This document shows, piece after piece, positions 18,007 through 18,594 of a DNA stretch of 18,594 bases (position 1 is its first letter; every line of letters starts with the position of its first letter). The position numbers and the translations under genes are program-made. The stretch is taken from contig JBDHHQ010000109.1 in the NCBI GenBank assembly GCA_039589315.1, positions 1 through 18,594 of the forward strand. The letters are read 5' to 3'. Below the pieces are notes generated by a model. The model saw nothing but the letters and a program-made list of their open reading frames with translations. It was not told the origin of the DNA and did not search any database. Source of the stretch: Gemmatimonadota bacterium (lineage in GTDB: Bacteria > Gemmatimonadota > Gemmatimonadetes > Longimicrobiales > Gaopeijiaceae).

Positions 18007-18045
18007 AGGGACGGTGCCTGCAACGCTCCGCGGGAACGGCCCGTC
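18007..18045 (+). promoter_or_regulatory. Third copy of the composite motif (GG-N10-GC overlapping TGCAAC-N17-CGTC)
   Basis: AGGGACGGTGCCTGCAAC at 18007-18024 and CGTC at 18042-18045. Confidence 0.6.
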
Positions 18046-18134
18046 TAAGGGACGCTGGACGCGAGCGAGTGGGGAGTGGTGCGCCTCGCCGTGGGGGCGC
18101 CGCTTCCGGAGATCCCAACAGGAGCGGGAAGCTC

Positions 18135-18594
18135 ATGCTGAATGACGCAGAGAACGTCAGACCCCTCATCCACCTCGAAGACCTGAGCAAGGTCTTCTTC
18201 ACCGAGGAGGTGGAGACACACGCGCTGTCGGGCGTGAACCTGGACATCCAGAGCGGTGAGTTCCTGTCCATCGCGGGGCCCTCGGGGTGCGGCAAGACCA
18301 CGCTGCTCTCGATCCTGGGTCTGCTCGATTCGCCCACGGGCGGCACGCACCTCCTGGACGGCGAGCCCGTCGCCGATCTGAGCGCGAGCCAGCGGGCGAA
18401 GATCCGCAACCAGGCCATCGGCTTCGTGTTCCAGGCCTTCAACCTGATCGGCGATCTCACGGTCTACGAGAACGTGGAGCTGCCGCTGACGTACCGGGGC
18501 ATGCCGGGCTCGGAGCGGAAGGAGCGGGTGCAGGCGGCCCTGGAGCGAGTGGGCATGGCGCACCGGATGAAGCACTACCCATCGCAGCTTTCCG
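18135..18594 (+). CDS. ABC transporter ATP-binding protein, LolD/MacB-type (truncated at window end)
   Basis: Manual translation MLNDAENVRPLIHLEDLSKVFFTEEVETHALSGVNL...GPSGCGKTT...IGFVFQAFNLIGDLTVYENVELPL...HYPSQLS; AGGAG upstream. Confidence 0.92.
   Translation, partial: MLNDAENVRPLIHLEDLSKVFFTEEVETHALSGVNLDIQSGEFLSIAGPSGCGKTTLLSILGLLDSPTGGTHLLDGEPVADLSASQRAKIRNQAIGFVFQAFNLIGDLTVYENVELPLTYRGMPGSERKERVQAALERVGMAHRMKHYPSQLS

Noticed and set aside
1..18594. CRISPR arrays, tRNAs, IS elements, prophage or defence genes
   Set aside because: No regularly spaced repeats, tRNA-like cloverleafs, transposase or integrase motifs, or obvious compositional islands were seen by eye.

Overview
High-GC bacterial chromosomal window. 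The gene families resemble Gemmatimonadota/Acidobacteriota (an inference, not a database result). From left to right: an Mla-type ABC pair (STAS-MlaE plus MlaF, the latter truncated at the left edge), a YihY membrane protein, a lipoprotein D-aminoacylase-like amidohydrolase, a 51-aa small ORF, a tandem-rhodanese sulfurtransferase, a sulfocyanin-like blue-copper lipoprotein, TerC, a SAM methyltransferase coupled to a kinase-M23-aminotransferase triple fusion, a small exported peptide, a Spy/CpxP-like protein, DUF3052, a membrane TolB-N/TPR protein, an ECF sigma/anti-sigma/DUF4097 operon and an ABC ATPase truncated at the right edge. I saw no mobile elements, CRISPR arrays or RNA genes. The most notable unexplained signal is a composite promoter-like motif, GG-N10-GC overlapping TGCAAC-N17-YGTC, found with identical spacing in three intergenic regions. 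It looks like a sigma54 -24/-12 element interlocked with an ECF -35/-10 element. Two of the three copies precede tiny uncharacterised ORFs. Other points of interest are a probable ATC start codon, a probable leaderless operon and a divergent metal site in the amidohydrolase.
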